55,356 nucleotides of DNA, from IMG/VR virus record IMGVR_UViG_3300025858_000011; one strand, 5' to 3'. The notes under the pieces are model-generated. The model was not told the origin of the DNA. It saw only the letters and a program-made list of their open reading frames with translations, and did no database searches. Numbering within the stretch: the stretch's first letter is position 1; the number at the start of each line of letters is the position of its first letter. Source of the DNA: a virus. Taxonomy: Duplodnaviria > Heunggongvirae > Uroviricota > Caudoviricetes. The translations under genes were made by a program, and so were the position numbers. Positions 27,601 to 35,561 of this stretch are shown in pieces.

Positions 27601-30249
27601 ATTACCATAGGTCAATTTCTAATAAACGAAAAACTTCCACCAGCATTAAGAAATTATGAACGCATTCTTGACGAAAAAGAAACAAGAGCCGTATTAGAAG
27701 AAATCGGAAAAAATTATCAAGTATCATTTAGAGAAATTATCGATAATTGGAAAAACCTAGGAAGTATGTATGCGTTTATACGTGGTAATACTTTATCTAT
27801 AACCGATTTAGCAATAGATAGAAAATTCAGGGATGATATTATAAATAAAAAACTTCCTGCTATTGATAAATTACCGACATTAGAAGAGAGAACCGCTGCC
27901 CGCGGAAAACTAACTGAAGAAATTCAGACAGCTCAAAATAAAGCATTAACAGGTACAGATAATAATGCCTACGAAATGTTAACATCTGGATCAATATCGA
28001 AGGGTAAATCAGGGAATGTTAGACAGATACTAACATCTCCTGGCGTTCTTACAGATACTGCAGGAGTTCCAATCGATGTGTTCTTTGGAAGAGGGTATGC
28101 CGAGGGCCTGGGTTCTTCGGATTATTTTAATACTTTATATGGTGTAAGAAAGGGGGTAGTAGACCGTTCAGTTAACACACAAGAATCCGGAGCGTTAAAT
28201 AAGGCACTTGTTAATGTTAATAGACGACTATTAATAACCGAAGAGGACTGCGGTGTAACCAAGGGACTAGAGTTTGAAATAGAAAGTAGAGAGTTGATGG
28301 GACGTTGTGCTTTAGAAAGCATTCCAGGAGTTGTAAAACGTAATGAACTTATAACTGGTAAAAATATATTAGCAGCAAAAAAACATAATGTAATTTCTAT
28401 TAAAGCTAGATCACCACTTACTTGTGCGGCAGTTGAAGGTATTTGTCAATTATGCTACGGCGCGTTACCAGATGGTCAACTCCCATCAATTGGAACAAAT
28501 GTTGGAGTATTAGATAGCACCGCTATAACAGAGAGAGCAACACAGCTAACTATGCAGTGTACAGCCGATAGTTTTACCATCGATGAGTTTGGTGCATTTT
28601 CAGTATTATCAAATTGTTACACACAAAAACATAGTCCTGCTGACACAATGGTTGCAATCTATCTGGAAGATGGCGGGTGCATGCTTGTACAAAATAATCA
28701 TCCTATGTGGGTAAACGGAGAAGAAAAACTTGTAAGTGATCTTAAAATAAAAGAAGATTCTTTACAAAATTCTTTTAGTAAAATAAAAGAAAAGTATGAG
28801 TTAACACCAAAAAATGACACCATGTCGGTGATGGCCCCATATTTTATGGGCTGTTTTGCTGGCGATGGTTGTTTTAGATATTATGATAATAACCCGGATA
28901 GAGCAAGAACTATAATAATTACAAATATGCGTGATGACTTAAAAAGAAAGTTAAATGTGCTACATCCGGGGCACATATATGAAAGAGACTTTCAAATTTA
29001 TGATACTGAATTAGCTAATCAACTAAAAGAACAAATTAAACCATATGCCAAAACAAAAGTTCTATTACTTGATTGGTCCCAATTAAGTAAAGAATGGTTA
29101 GGGGCCTTTATATCTGGATTAATAGACACTGATGGATGCATAGATGGAACTGGATTAAAAATATATTCTACATCATTTGCGCTATTAGACCAAGTAAGAA
29201 TTATGGCTTTATTATTAGGGATTCCCGGGACGTTAAGACTTGAAAAAAGACGTCCACATCAGAAAACTCAACAATTTGCATTAAAGCTTCGTGATAGTTT
29301 AGGAATCAAACTTTATTTATCAGAAAGCTTAAAAGTACAAAAAGACTGGAAACCGGGAAAGCTACAAATGAAACAATTTATAAGTGAAGATGCCATTCTT
29401 ATAAAGAATATTAAAATATTAAAAGTTCAATCTGATATTGAACTGGTATATGATAGGAAAACTATTGATACAAAATTTATTACATCCAATTACATAAATC
29501 ATAACACTTTTCATAGTGGAGGATCTGCAAACACTGGTATTACCGCAGGATTTCCAAGACTTGAACAGTTATTAAAAGTTCCTGAAAAATTATCTGGAAA
29601 GGCAACATTGTCCCCGGTTGATGGTATTATTAAAGGAATTAAAAGAAATGAAACTGGAGGATTTGTAGTAGCTGTAAATTCAAATGGAAATTTACATAAC
29701 CTAGTAGTATCTCCTGGTAGAAATGTAACTGTTGAACTTGGATCTTCAGTAAAAAAGGGAGAACCGCTATCTGATGGTATTATTAAACCACAGGAATTGG
29801 GAGCACTTAAGACACACTTAGACGCCCAAAAATATCTTGTTGACGAGGCGTCTGCAATTTACGGTGGTAATTTTTATAAGAAAACTTTTGAAACGGTCAT
29901 TAGAGGAATATCAGACAGTGCAGAAATAGAGAAAGCTCCGGATGATTCAGGGTTTTTACGTGGAGATAAAACTTCTATTTCCTATCTTGACTCTCTAAAT
30001 AGAAAAAGAAAGAAAAAAGGACTAGACGAAGTACAGTATAAACCGTATTTTAAAACTATTGATTTATCCAATGCAGACGTAGAAGATTGGTTAACAAATA
30101 TCACAACCAACAGAGTAAAGGCGGGGTTAACCACTGGTGCTTCAAAAGGTTTATATGCTAATATAAGAGGAAAAGACCCAATTCCCGCCTATATCTATGG
30201 AGAAAATTTTGGTAAGGGAGTGGATTATTCTAAGGGAGAATTTTATTAA
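21640..30249 (+). CDS. rpoBC: Fused beta-beta' multisubunit-type RNA polymerase with two inteins (mature about 2028 aa)
   Basis: Beta motifs RDVQPTHLG, GDKLSGRYGNK, VPSRMNVGQLLE, YFLKLRH run without a stop into beta' motifs KRQDLSARS, LLNRAPSLHK, NADFDGD, RSPLTC..ICQLCYG and TQLTM|TFH. Confidence 0.93.
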   Translation: MLPQVSYTKFLEISMENIFQPSQQNKIIKDTVINALFNSFPIEHKGRKLIISNVVSDDELNDQDFPLQRELKVSRKTWSYPIFGDIELVDVATGRTISKVKKAKLAMIPKVTNRYTTIIDGNEYQTVNQLRRKSGVYSRIKKNGELESEFNLAKGINFNMQLDPQSQIFSVTPTGRNYKYNLWSILNLLGVPESEMTKQWGQRLLDINRKDSLKTEVSEMTSFYKLVSHKDTKDYNEVIKGLQEYFAGTQLDPKITKITLGHAFDTVNGDALLSASARLLNINKGSETPDDRDSLIFKKMLSVDDLLLEHFGKTKKLLETKIKRNLENRDNIRDILPTNFFSRPIREFFTVGDLSSTPPQTNPVTIATDWRKTTPMGAGGIQSSHAITMETRDVQPTHLGFLDPLSTPESLRVGVNVGLASETRKRGNDIVTPVYNKKGEVVWLDPLEFYESIIGFPDQFTIDGKTITPIADIVNVMKAGKTLRYSANKIDYWMRSPKSMFSYATNLVPFLPNVQGNRASTGGRMITQALPIDQKEEPLVQTKRDQESTYEFYMGSYLSPQLSPSSNESVRTGKVVRITDEYIHVLVDGKEEKIGLYKNFPLNQDGYLDSTPIVKIGDIVKSGQPLAETNYCVPNGTLALGKNLTVGYLSYKGYNFEDGAVITEGAAKKMSHTMLHRVNDFFSPKIAVFDLKKFKAWFPEEITNQNAKKLTDSGLPKVGEVFNPGEALIVYLNEKEMDDSDKVLKKLHKFTFNQYNKKLITWDEEEPGIVTDVRTNGRNVDVYIKSTHPFKEGDKLSGRYGNKYIVTKIIPDALAPTRADGTPIEVMLNAHGVPSRMNVGQLLETAAGKLSLKRNKPYIVDNFDDPNGDVSKKLLAELTKAGIEPNETLYDGKTGKAFEKPIFVGNQYFLKLRHVVSKKNSAHNYGNYDVDQEPAGKGAQSIGVLDTYAYLAHGAKANLREMTEIKGRKNEDYWRDISLGIPPSKPERNFVFDKLTTYLKGMGINVDKNGNDLRIFPMTDKELLKLSNGEIDDPGELLKGKNLTSRKGGLFDDEITGGVKGKNWAHVTLATRIPNPTFEGSIKKLLDLSDKSFQAIMLGSGPEEIIKKLSEINVDADIIKYRAALKTAPKTNINKLNSKIKYLEALKDLKLSPVDAYTVSMIPIIPPIFRQIYPLPSGDLVVADINKHYKDVGTINKTLKEAIGRDDVPDDKIIKAKNDLYNSVKAMQGFIDPLTYSKEKYKGFLHELGDLKKGLIHGKTWSKRQDLSARSTITVEPTLGIDEVGVPIELAYTMYKPFILQELKETGMKAADALQHYENKTKLAYNMLSSVVSKRPILLNRAPSLHKHGVQAFKTVLMDGKTIRLNPLIVKGFNADFDGDSYLQYLPILIDLKEFKNGLINNNFNADLNKSLTLAELVSILYSNNISVKTEIPPYSENINENQVGIEMFANILMQLIQNDEERTFKTIHISQIPYLENTKTTTPAGNIEYDVPKGIYTMAYVDGQVKAMPIEKFSVHENLNTVKVKTSSNREVICSVDHSLFCYNTITGEMEKTKPEDSVGLLTPKPRKLNFDKRWEESSDSKEEGYFIGFIVGDGWTDSADTKNKNRVNTAITDSQLRDYFSNIVKTYIEKDAHLSIVNNDHTFEGHDCHSTKVTFSSIYWANYLRDNIGKGAAQKHLPENWLFKSTDFKLGLLSGLIDTDGTITKVKAKAKNIAQYQASFTTVSDQLKYDIQLLCADLGVRTSVTTYERNGHNVYSISISMIDLIKIKDGLTINHSTKKENLSEAITIKDDTDLVPVKQSTAQLLQNYAFKNNKSDYAVASKAKKTGTMTREIAKRLYTYLPEEIKKLEEIINFAVIINNEQIFWEKIKEVTPEVTDNTATAWDITVPGSYTFMTANGLIVYDTMSLMTPVGKEAIEESRHMMPSQILFKHGDNALVPGLQAEYSFGLYMLSKIDKVTDKKFDSIEEAKQSGLPWTWQFTMDGKKITIGQFLINEKLPPALRNYERILDEKETRAVLEEIGKNYQVSFREIIDNWKNLGSMYAFIRGNTLSITDLAIDRKFRDDIINKKLPAIDKLPTLEERTAARGKLTEEIQTAQNKALTGTDNNAYEMLTSGSISKGKSGNVRQILTSPGVLTDTAGVPIDVFFGRGYAEGLGSSDYFNTLYGVRKGVVDRSVNTQESGALNKALVNVNRRLLITEEDCGVTKGLEFEIESRELMGRCALESIPGVVKRNELITGKNILAAKKHNVISIKARSPLTCAAVEGICQLCYGALPDGQLPSIGTNVGVLDSTAITERATQLTMQCTADSFTIDEFGAFSVLSNCYTQKHSPADTMVAIYLEDGGCMLVQNNHPMWVNGEEKLVSDLKIKEDSLQNSFSKIKEKYELTPKNDTMSVMAPYFMGCFAGDGCFRYYDNNPDRARTIIITNMRDDLKRKLNVLHPGHIYERDFQIYDTELANQLKEQIKPYAKTKVLLLDWSQLSKEWLGAFISGLIDTDGCIDGTGLKIYSTSFALLDQVRIMALLLGIPGTLRLEKRRPHQKTQQFALKLRDSLGIKLYLSESLKVQKDWKPGKLQMKQFISEDAILIKNIKILKVQSDIELVYDRKTIDTKFITSNYINHNTFHSGGSANTGITAGFPRLEQLLKVPEKLSGKATLSPVDGIIKGIKRNETGGFVVAVNSNGNLHNLVVSPGRNVTVELGSSVKKGEPLSDGIIKPQELGALKTHLDAQKYLVDEASAIYGGNFYKKTFETVIRGISDSAEIEKAPDDSGFLRGDKTSISYLDSLNRKRKKKGLDEVQYKPYFKTIDLSNADVEDWLTNITTNRVKAGLTTGASKGLYANIRGKDPIPAYIYGENFGKGVDYSKGEFY
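25780..27354 (+). mobile_element. Intein with LAGLIDADG endonuclease (525 aa) directly after NADFDGD; ends in Asp
   Basis: NADFDGD|SYLQYLPILI ... WDITVPGSYTFMTANGLIVYD|TMSLMTP. Block B CSVDHSL. Motifs FIGFIVGDG and LLSGLIDTDG. Confidence 0.88.
25873..25901 (+). promoter_or_regulatory. Consensus-like promoter TTGACA-N17-TATATT inside the RNAP intein
   Basis: Perfect -35, same ttagTATATT as at 21611-21620. In-frame ATG 25981 preceded by gtaggt. Confidence 0.55.
28558..29505 (+). mobile_element. Intein with LAGLIDADG endonuclease (316 aa) in the trigger loop
   Basis: TQLTMQ|CTADSF ... ITSNYINHN|TFHSGG. Block B QNNHPM. Motifs FMGCFAGDG and FISGLIDTDG. Confidence 0.88.
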
Positions 30250-30947
30250 TGGAAAAAATAAGAGTCTTTTCAACTCCCGAGGAAAGGGCGATGGGACTTC
30301 AATTTAGTGAACCTATGCCTAAAGATGAGATTGCCTTATTTATAGAAGATCATCCCAAGACTGTTACGTTTCATAATAAAAATGTAGATTTTGATATCGT
30401 TATAAAATTTTTTAATGATAAGGGAGAATTAATAAAAGTGGATCATTTACCAAAATATTCATCTGGACTAAAGCAAATTAGCTGTGATAATACTAAATAT
30501 ATATTAGAGAAAACGGCATGGTATGCAAAGCATATTCCTAAAAATGCTTTGGGAAAACCAACTAGAACAGCAATTGCCTTTATGGCCAAAAAATTTAAAA
30601 GATTTATAGATGTTCTTCCAGAAGCATCTCTTAATCAAGCAAATGCAGAACTTATTGGGTTGGCCGCCGGGATAAACAGTGCAGTTTCCGGCGCTAGACG
30701 ATTGGGACAACAAGCAATAACAACTCCAGATATTGGTGCAGTACAGGTCTTATCTTATGCTACACTTCCTCAACAAGTGGCCGCATTTGGTATGCCGGTC
30801 ATGGGGTTAACCGAGGCATATATTGCGGGAAGAGTAGCAATACCAAAAGTATTTAAGTCAATGCGCCCAATAATCAAAAAATCAAAATCTTTAGGACAAA
30901 AAGCAAAAAATAGTCTTAGAACTGATATCGATATTTTACCGAGGTAA
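30249..30947 (+). CDS. DUF192-like N-terminal domain fused to an unknown C-terminal region
   Basis: TPEERAMGLQF and DFDIVIKFFNDKG resemble DUF192. Confidence 0.6.
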   Translation: MEKIRVFSTPEERAMGLQFSEPMPKDEIALFIEDHPKTVTFHNKNVDFDIVIKFFNDKGELIKVDHLPKYSSGLKQISCDNTKYILEKTAWYAKHIPKNALGKPTRTAIAFMAKKFKRFIDVLPEASLNQANAELIGLAAGINSAVSGARRLGQQAITTPDIGAVQVLSYATLPQQVAAFGMPVMGLTEAYIAGRVAIPKVFKSMRPIIKKSKSLGQKAKNSLRTDIDILPR

Positions 30948-30948
30948 T

Positions 30949-31428
30949 ATGACTTATAAAGCAAACATCATATTTAATAAATTAGCAATGTACGATACTA
31001 GCATCGGTGATTACTGGGATTATTTCAAAAATTTAGTAGAGCATAAAGTCGATGTTTATAAAGCTGGAAGAGACTTTTCTGCTCCTAGATTATCATTAAT
31101 AGCACATGACTGGGATAAATTCTTTCCAAAGATGTTTAAAAGGTATGCCGAATGGTTCAATGGGCCGATGGGGAGAACAGGTACACGCGACCCATTGTTA
31201 AGGCAGGAATGGGGACTTCAAGTAGAGGCTCATAAAGAAAGAAGTGCCCACCATCATCCAGAGAATTTCGAGCAAGAACTCGAGGCAGTGGCGGATTGGT
31301 ATAGTGCCTCAAAACGATCTGCTGGAAATCCTCCGGATTATCCTCCAGTAGAAGATTGGTTACGGGGACAATTATATTCTTTAAATGTTTCTGATTATAC
31401 AAAACAGTATCTTAGTAACTATCTATAA
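30949..31428 (+). CDS. DUF5662-like HD-type protein
   Basis: EHKVDV, AHDWDKF, HHHPE, EAVADW. Confidence 0.6.
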   Translation: MTYKANIIFNKLAMYDTSIGDYWDYFKNLVEHKVDVYKAGRDFSAPRLSLIAHDWDKFFPKMFKRYAEWFNGPMGRTGTRDPLLRQEWGLQVEAHKERSAHHHPENFEQELEAVADWYSASKRSAGNPPDYPPVEDWLRGQLYSLNVSDYTKQYLSNYL

Positions 31429-31922
31429 TGCCATTATTTGCACACATAGATACCCATGTAATAGCTTTCAGACAGCATGAATTTAATACTGAAGCATTAG
31501 ATGGAATTTTAGAATTACTTCAAGATTCTGAGGAATGTAATATAGTTGCACATCATCCTAATAAAAAATTCGGATATGACGTCGGAATTCTTGAAACATT
31601 GTCTGCTATAAATGGGTGGGAAAAAGTAGAGAAATTGGGCCACTTTGATTCAGATAATCCCAGTAAAATTTTTTATGAATTGATACCATCCAAATATTAT
31701 AAAGACTATGTAAACAAAGAAAACTTTTACTCTAAGGAATTTGAAACACCATTGCCTCAAGATGTCCGCAAGACATCAGCAATTAAAGAAGTTTTTGACA
31801 TACCTTCTAAAATACAATCAAACATAGCCCCTTCCGTCAATACAAATACTCCTAGATTAGTTAGAGGCACTGAAAAAGCAATTTATAAGTATAGGTCTCC
31901 AAGCGAAAAATACGGAGTATAA
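31428..31922 (+). CDS. Hypothetical protein
   Basis: 164 aa, TAATG coupling to the previous gene. Confidence 0.55.
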   Translation: MPLFAHIDTHVIAFRQHEFNTEALDGILELLQDSEECNIVAHHPNKKFGYDVGILETLSAINGWEKVEKLGHFDSDNPSKIFYELIPSKYYKDYVNKENFYSKEFETPLPQDVRKTSAIKEVFDIPSKIQSNIAPSVNTNTPRLVRGTEKAIYKYRSPSEKYGV

Positions 31923-31933
31923 AAGTTAATGTA

Positions 31934-31958
31934 AAAATAAGGGCGATGCCCTTATTTT
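31934..31958. terminator. Bidirectional intrinsic terminator
   Basis: aaaataagggc-gat-gcccttatttt between convergent genes. Confidence 0.8.
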
Positions 31959-32713
31959 ATTATACTAACAAGTTCAGCTAATTTCTCTGCAGAAATATTA
32001 GCAGGAGAATCCTTAGGAGCCTTGCGACATCCCCAGCAAGACAGGAATCCTGTCTTATGGTGAAACCACTCTGGGAACATTGCTCCAAGATGCTTTCCTA
32101 AGTCCTTATTTGAAGTTTTGCTTCGAATAACCCCCAAGTTAAACTCGTCTTCGAAAATAACAAATTCATATCCCCTGGACAGTAAAATGCTGGAAGTCCC
32201 ATTTGGTGCATTTCTGATAATAGGAATGCCTTCGATGAGATTTTCTTTTTCAGCTTTATTAGCAGTATCAAGTGCTCTTTCATATTCTAAAAAAGAAGAA
32301 TACATTCCCCTTATAACTCTGTACCAGTTTTCTACTACCTCTTGATCTGCAACCAATTCCGTTTTTATATACTTAAAAACATCTACAATAGTCATTCCAG
32401 AAAATCCCACTAATTGCGGAAAATTTCCAGTACTATCATAAATATCTAATAAGTCTGCAAAATCCTTAAAAACTAAAAAATGTTTTTCCGTTCCAAATCT
32501 TTTTAAAATTTCAGAAAAAGCAGATTTTTCTCCTTTTATACCTTGTCCTCCGCAAATAATGTCAATTATGATGTCTTCAGGAGACGGATCTACATTGTAG
32601 TCCGCTGGAACAAACATAACTTCACTTATGTCTGTGTCATCAAATTTAATTAGACACCATAAACAAACAGAGGAGGCCGCATCAAGGTCGACATTTTGAT
32701 GTGTTATTATCAT
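31952..32713 (-). CDS. DHH/MYG1-like phosphoesterase or exonuclease
   Basis: IITHQNVDLDA, IIIDI, WFHHKTGFL. Confidence 0.5.
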   Translation of the reverse strand: MIITHQNVDLDAASSVCLWCLIKFDDTDISEVMFVPADYNVDPSPEDIIIDIICGGQGIKGEKSAFSEILKRFGTEKHFLVFKDFADLLDIYDSTGNFPQLVGFSGMTIVDVFKYIKTELVADQEVVENWYRVIRGMYSSFLEYERALDTANKAEKENLIEGIPIIRNAPNGTSSILLSRGYEFVIFEDEFNLGVIRSKTSNKDLGKHLGAMFPEWFHHKTGFLSCWGCRKAPKDSPANISAEKLAELVSIIK

Positions 32714-33177
32714 TTCTTTTTCCTTAAACGATGCATTGCAATGATATCATACTTTGCAGTCTCTACGAATTTAGTTCTCTCAAAAAAGAAAGCGAATTTC
32801 CATCCCTCTTTTCCAAGCTCATTTAAGATACTGACTTTAAAAGCCCCATCTAGTAAAAGTTCCTTCCATTCCCAGGTAGCCTCTCCAATTTCTTCCTGAA
32901 TTAAGTCACTTACTGTTTTCTCAATTCCGGACATTCCTAAGATCCGAATCTCCTTTATTACTTCTTTGGCCATCGGTTTTGAAGATGGTACCTGTTCAAC
33001 TTTGGATTTTGGTTCAAATGGAATATCAATTGGTATCCTTGTAGGATTCTCATCATTTTCTTTTTTAAGAAGTTCTCTGCCTTTTTCAGCTAAAGTTACT
33101 CTGGGCTTTCTTTTCTTTTTTATCGGAGTTTCTACTTCAGATTTTGCTTTCCTCATTATTTCTCCAAATTCTATCAA
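32710..33177 (-). CDS. Protein with C-terminal DUF4177-like domain
   Basis: WEWKELL...ILNELGKEGWKF. Confidence 0.55.
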   Translation of the reverse strand: MIEFGEIMRKAKSEVETPIKKKRKPRVTLAEKGRELLKKENDENPTRIPIDIPFEPKSKVEQVPSSKPMAKEVIKEIRILGMSGIEKTVSDLIQEEIGEATWEWKELLLDGAFKVSILNELGKEGWKFAFFFERTKFVETAKYDIIAMHRLRKKK

Positions 33178-33730
33178 CGATGCCTAATTCTAAACATTGC
33201 TCAGAAGATAGGTATAATGTTTGTTTACAACTTTTTTCCCAGTAACTACTTGGTTTCTTTGTATGTCTTCCTAATAATGCAAACATACGTCTTGATACAT
33301 CTTTAACATTTCCGGCCTCAATTTCAATATCATTGGTGCTTCCAGAAAATCCACCAGATGCCGAATGTACCATTACGTAAGTATTTTCAGTTACCGCCCT
33401 AGTTCCTGTAGCTGTAGCCAATACTATGGCCCCGGCACTAAAAACTGCTCCTCGACCTAAAACATTTATTGGCATTGGGAGTGATTTAATTGTGTCAATT
33501 AACCCAAACATTGCAAAAGCATCTCCGCCCATTGTTGATATTTCTATGGTTATTTCCGAAGAGGCATCTTGGGTAATGTCACAAATCATATCTACTCTTT
33601 GTGTAAAGAAACTTATAGTAGTAAACTCTATTGAGGTTTCTAGGTAAATTGTTCTAAATGACGAGTTAAAATCCTCATTTAGTTCGTCGAACTTATCATA
33701 GTCAAGTTTGGAATTTTTCTTTTTCGTCAT
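33137..33730 (-). CDS. clpP: ClpP-like protease subunit
   Basis: STMGGD, FSAGA (Ser), MVHS (His), YLSSEQCLELGIVD. Confidence 0.85.
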   Translation of the reverse strand: MTKKKNSKLDYDKFDELNEDFNSSFRTIYLETSIEFTTISFFTQRVDMICDITQDASSEITIEISTMGGDAFAMFGLIDTIKSLPMPINVLGRGAVFSAGAIVLATATGTRAVTENTYVMVHSASGGFSGSTNDIEIEAGNVKDVSRRMFALLGRHTKKPSSYWEKSCKQTLYLSSEQCLELGIVDRIWRNNEESKI

Positions 33731-33952
33731 TTATACTATTGGTTTAATGTTTATAGCTCTATTGCCAGTAGGAGTTTGCTTAATGTCAAATTCCACTCTT
33801 TGCCCCTTTTTAAGTTTACGAAATTCTAGAGGAGACAGTGATATAATATTAGTATAATGGGCCAAGTATTCCTGACCAGTGTCATCAGAAGTTATAAACC
33901 CCCATCCTTTTTTATTTAGAAAAAACTTGGCTACTCCTGTCATTACATCCAC
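33731..33952 (-). CDS. Cold-shock domain protein
   Basis: KFFLNKKGWGFIT (RNP1), LAHYTNI (RNP2), LKKGQRVEF. Confidence 0.88.
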   Translation of the reverse strand: MDVMTGVAKFFLNKKGWGFITSDDTGQEYLAHYTNIISLSPLEFRKLKKGQRVEFDIKQTPTGNRAINIKPIV

Positions 33953-34497
33953 TTCCCGCCGGGAATGCTTTTGCCAAAGACAAACAGGGACCGAGTTTGT
34001 AAAGATTGGTACCCGCGTTTACGGCGTACTGATACTGCAGTCCATTTATATGTTATTCCACCCAACATCGTGTACTTTGCCAGTGTTCTATTAAAAAGAT
34101 CGCGTTGGGCACGAGTCCATACTCCCAATTCTATATCTGATATATGTACATTTAGCCAATATTTTGTTGGTCTAACTACTACTACACGTGGAAGTCTTCC
34201 ATTTCTTGCTAAAAGGATAAGTTCAAACTGTAAATTGAGTCCTGGAACAGTTGTTACATAATCACTGGTAGTGTAAGCGGATCCACCAGTTACTTGTTTT
34301 AAAAGAGCTTTTGCGGCAGTAATAGTATTTATACCATCCTGTGCAAATAGTCCATCTGTATATTTTTGTGCATTTTTAAGTGTTTTGTAATGTGCAGGGT
34401 ATTGTCTAAAAAAATCAAATAATAACGATCCTGAGGACCTCTTAGTTAATTCTAAAGTTACTCTCATTGAATCGGGGTCTTTTGTAGGCTTTTTCAT
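33943..34497 (-). CDS. Hypothetical basic protein
   Basis: ORF track 33943..34575. ATG 34497 (MKKPTK) avoids the overlap with thyX. Confidence 0.45.
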   Translation of the reverse strand: MKKPTKDPDSMRVTLELTKRSSGSLLFDFFRQYPAHYKTLKNAQKYTDGLFAQDGINTITAAKALLKQVTGGSAYTTSDYVTTVPGLNLQFELILLARNGRLPRVVVVRPTKYWLNVHISDIELGVWTRAQRDLFNRTLAKYTMLGGITYKWTAVSVRRKRGYQSLQTRSLFVFGKSIPGGKWM

Positions 34498-34522
34498 TTT
34501 TCTTTGTTTTCGGTTTTGTTTT

Positions 34523-35212
34523 TTATTCCAACCAAATTTTGGTTGTAATTGGAAAATATTCTTCCATAAATTCAAGTACTACTTTGGCATATTCGCGGAT
34601 CTCCCATTGAGCATGTGCATCTAGTCTAAGCTCAAGAAAGTTCATAATGGCCTGAAATGACGCAGTCCAGTATACCTCAGTATACAGATTCAATGGGAGT
34701 ATAATTCTGGCCTGTTCTTTGGCGACACCCAATGCAAGAAGTTTATTGTAAGTATTTACAATAATATCCATTGACTTATCAAAAAGCCCTTCGGCTTTTA
34801 TTTGGTCTTCTTGCTTCAGTCGTCCGCTGCTTGCTTGTTTATTGTCTTCTGATTGTTTCCTCCATACATCCGGAACATAGAAGTCTGTTACCGGAGTATA
34901 CCGACCTGAAATCTCATTCCAGGCATGGTCCTTTGTTGGGTATGAGGACGTTACCTCTATCCCCACAATATGCTTGTAAAGCTGGCGCATGCAAAATTCA
35001 GGTGCTTTAATTCTAAACTGCACTATGATGTGCCTAAAGGGAGAGTAGTGTTTATTATCTTTAAGATACTTAATTAACTTAATGTCCGCATCGTCTATCA
35101 CGTCTTTTCTTTTACCAAAAGAAACTCTGGCGGCGTTGACAACAGTTAAATCATTTCCTAAAGTATCAATAATTTCTACTTCTCCCCTATCTAGACAATT
35201 TTTAGTCTGCAT
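34523..35212 (-). CDS. thyX: Flavin-dependent thymidylate synthase
   Basis: VVNAARVSF, HYSPF, RQLYKH...NEISGRY, EQARIILP, AQWEIREYA. Confidence 0.93.
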   Translation of the reverse strand: MQTKNCLDRGEVEIIDTLGNDLTVVNAARVSFGKRKDVIDDADIKLIKYLKDNKHYSPFRHIIVQFRIKAPEFCMRQLYKHIVGIEVTSSYPTKDHAWNEISGRYTPVTDFYVPDVWRKQSEDNKQASSGRLKQEDQIKAEGLFDKSMDIIVNTYNKLLALGVAKEQARIILPLNLYTEVYWTASFQAIMNFLELRLDAHAQWEIREYAKVVLEFMEEYFPITTKIWLE

Positions 35213-35552
35213 CCTTAGGATCAATGGTTAAATCCGGAGCTATGCTGCGAATATCAAGATCATCAATTTCTGTATCTTCTGGAACGATGGCTTCTGCTGG
35301 AGCAGGCATTGTTGCAAGTAATATATTTATTGCCTTTTCCGGGTCCAATTCTGTACCACATTTATTACATAACAGTACCTCAACTGGGATAAATAGATCT
35401 TTCCCATTTGGACTAACAAGTTTAGACATAAACTTATATCTCCGGGATACTGTAAAATAAGTGTGTTTGCAATTAGTGCATAATATATCTTTGGCTAGAC
35501 TCATGTCTACCCGAATTTGTTCTCCTTGTGGAGCTCTATCTACTGGAATCAT
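35202..35552 (-). CDS. Zn-ribbon protein
   Basis: CTNC and CNKC pairs. Confidence 0.6.
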   Translation of the reverse strand: MIPVDRAPQGEQIRVDMSLAKDILCTNCKHTYFTVSRRYKFMSKLVSPNGKDLFIPVEVLLCNKCGTELDPEKAINILLATMPAPAEAIVPEDTEIDDLDIRSIAPDLTIDPKDAD

Positions 35553-35561
35553 TTTATACCC

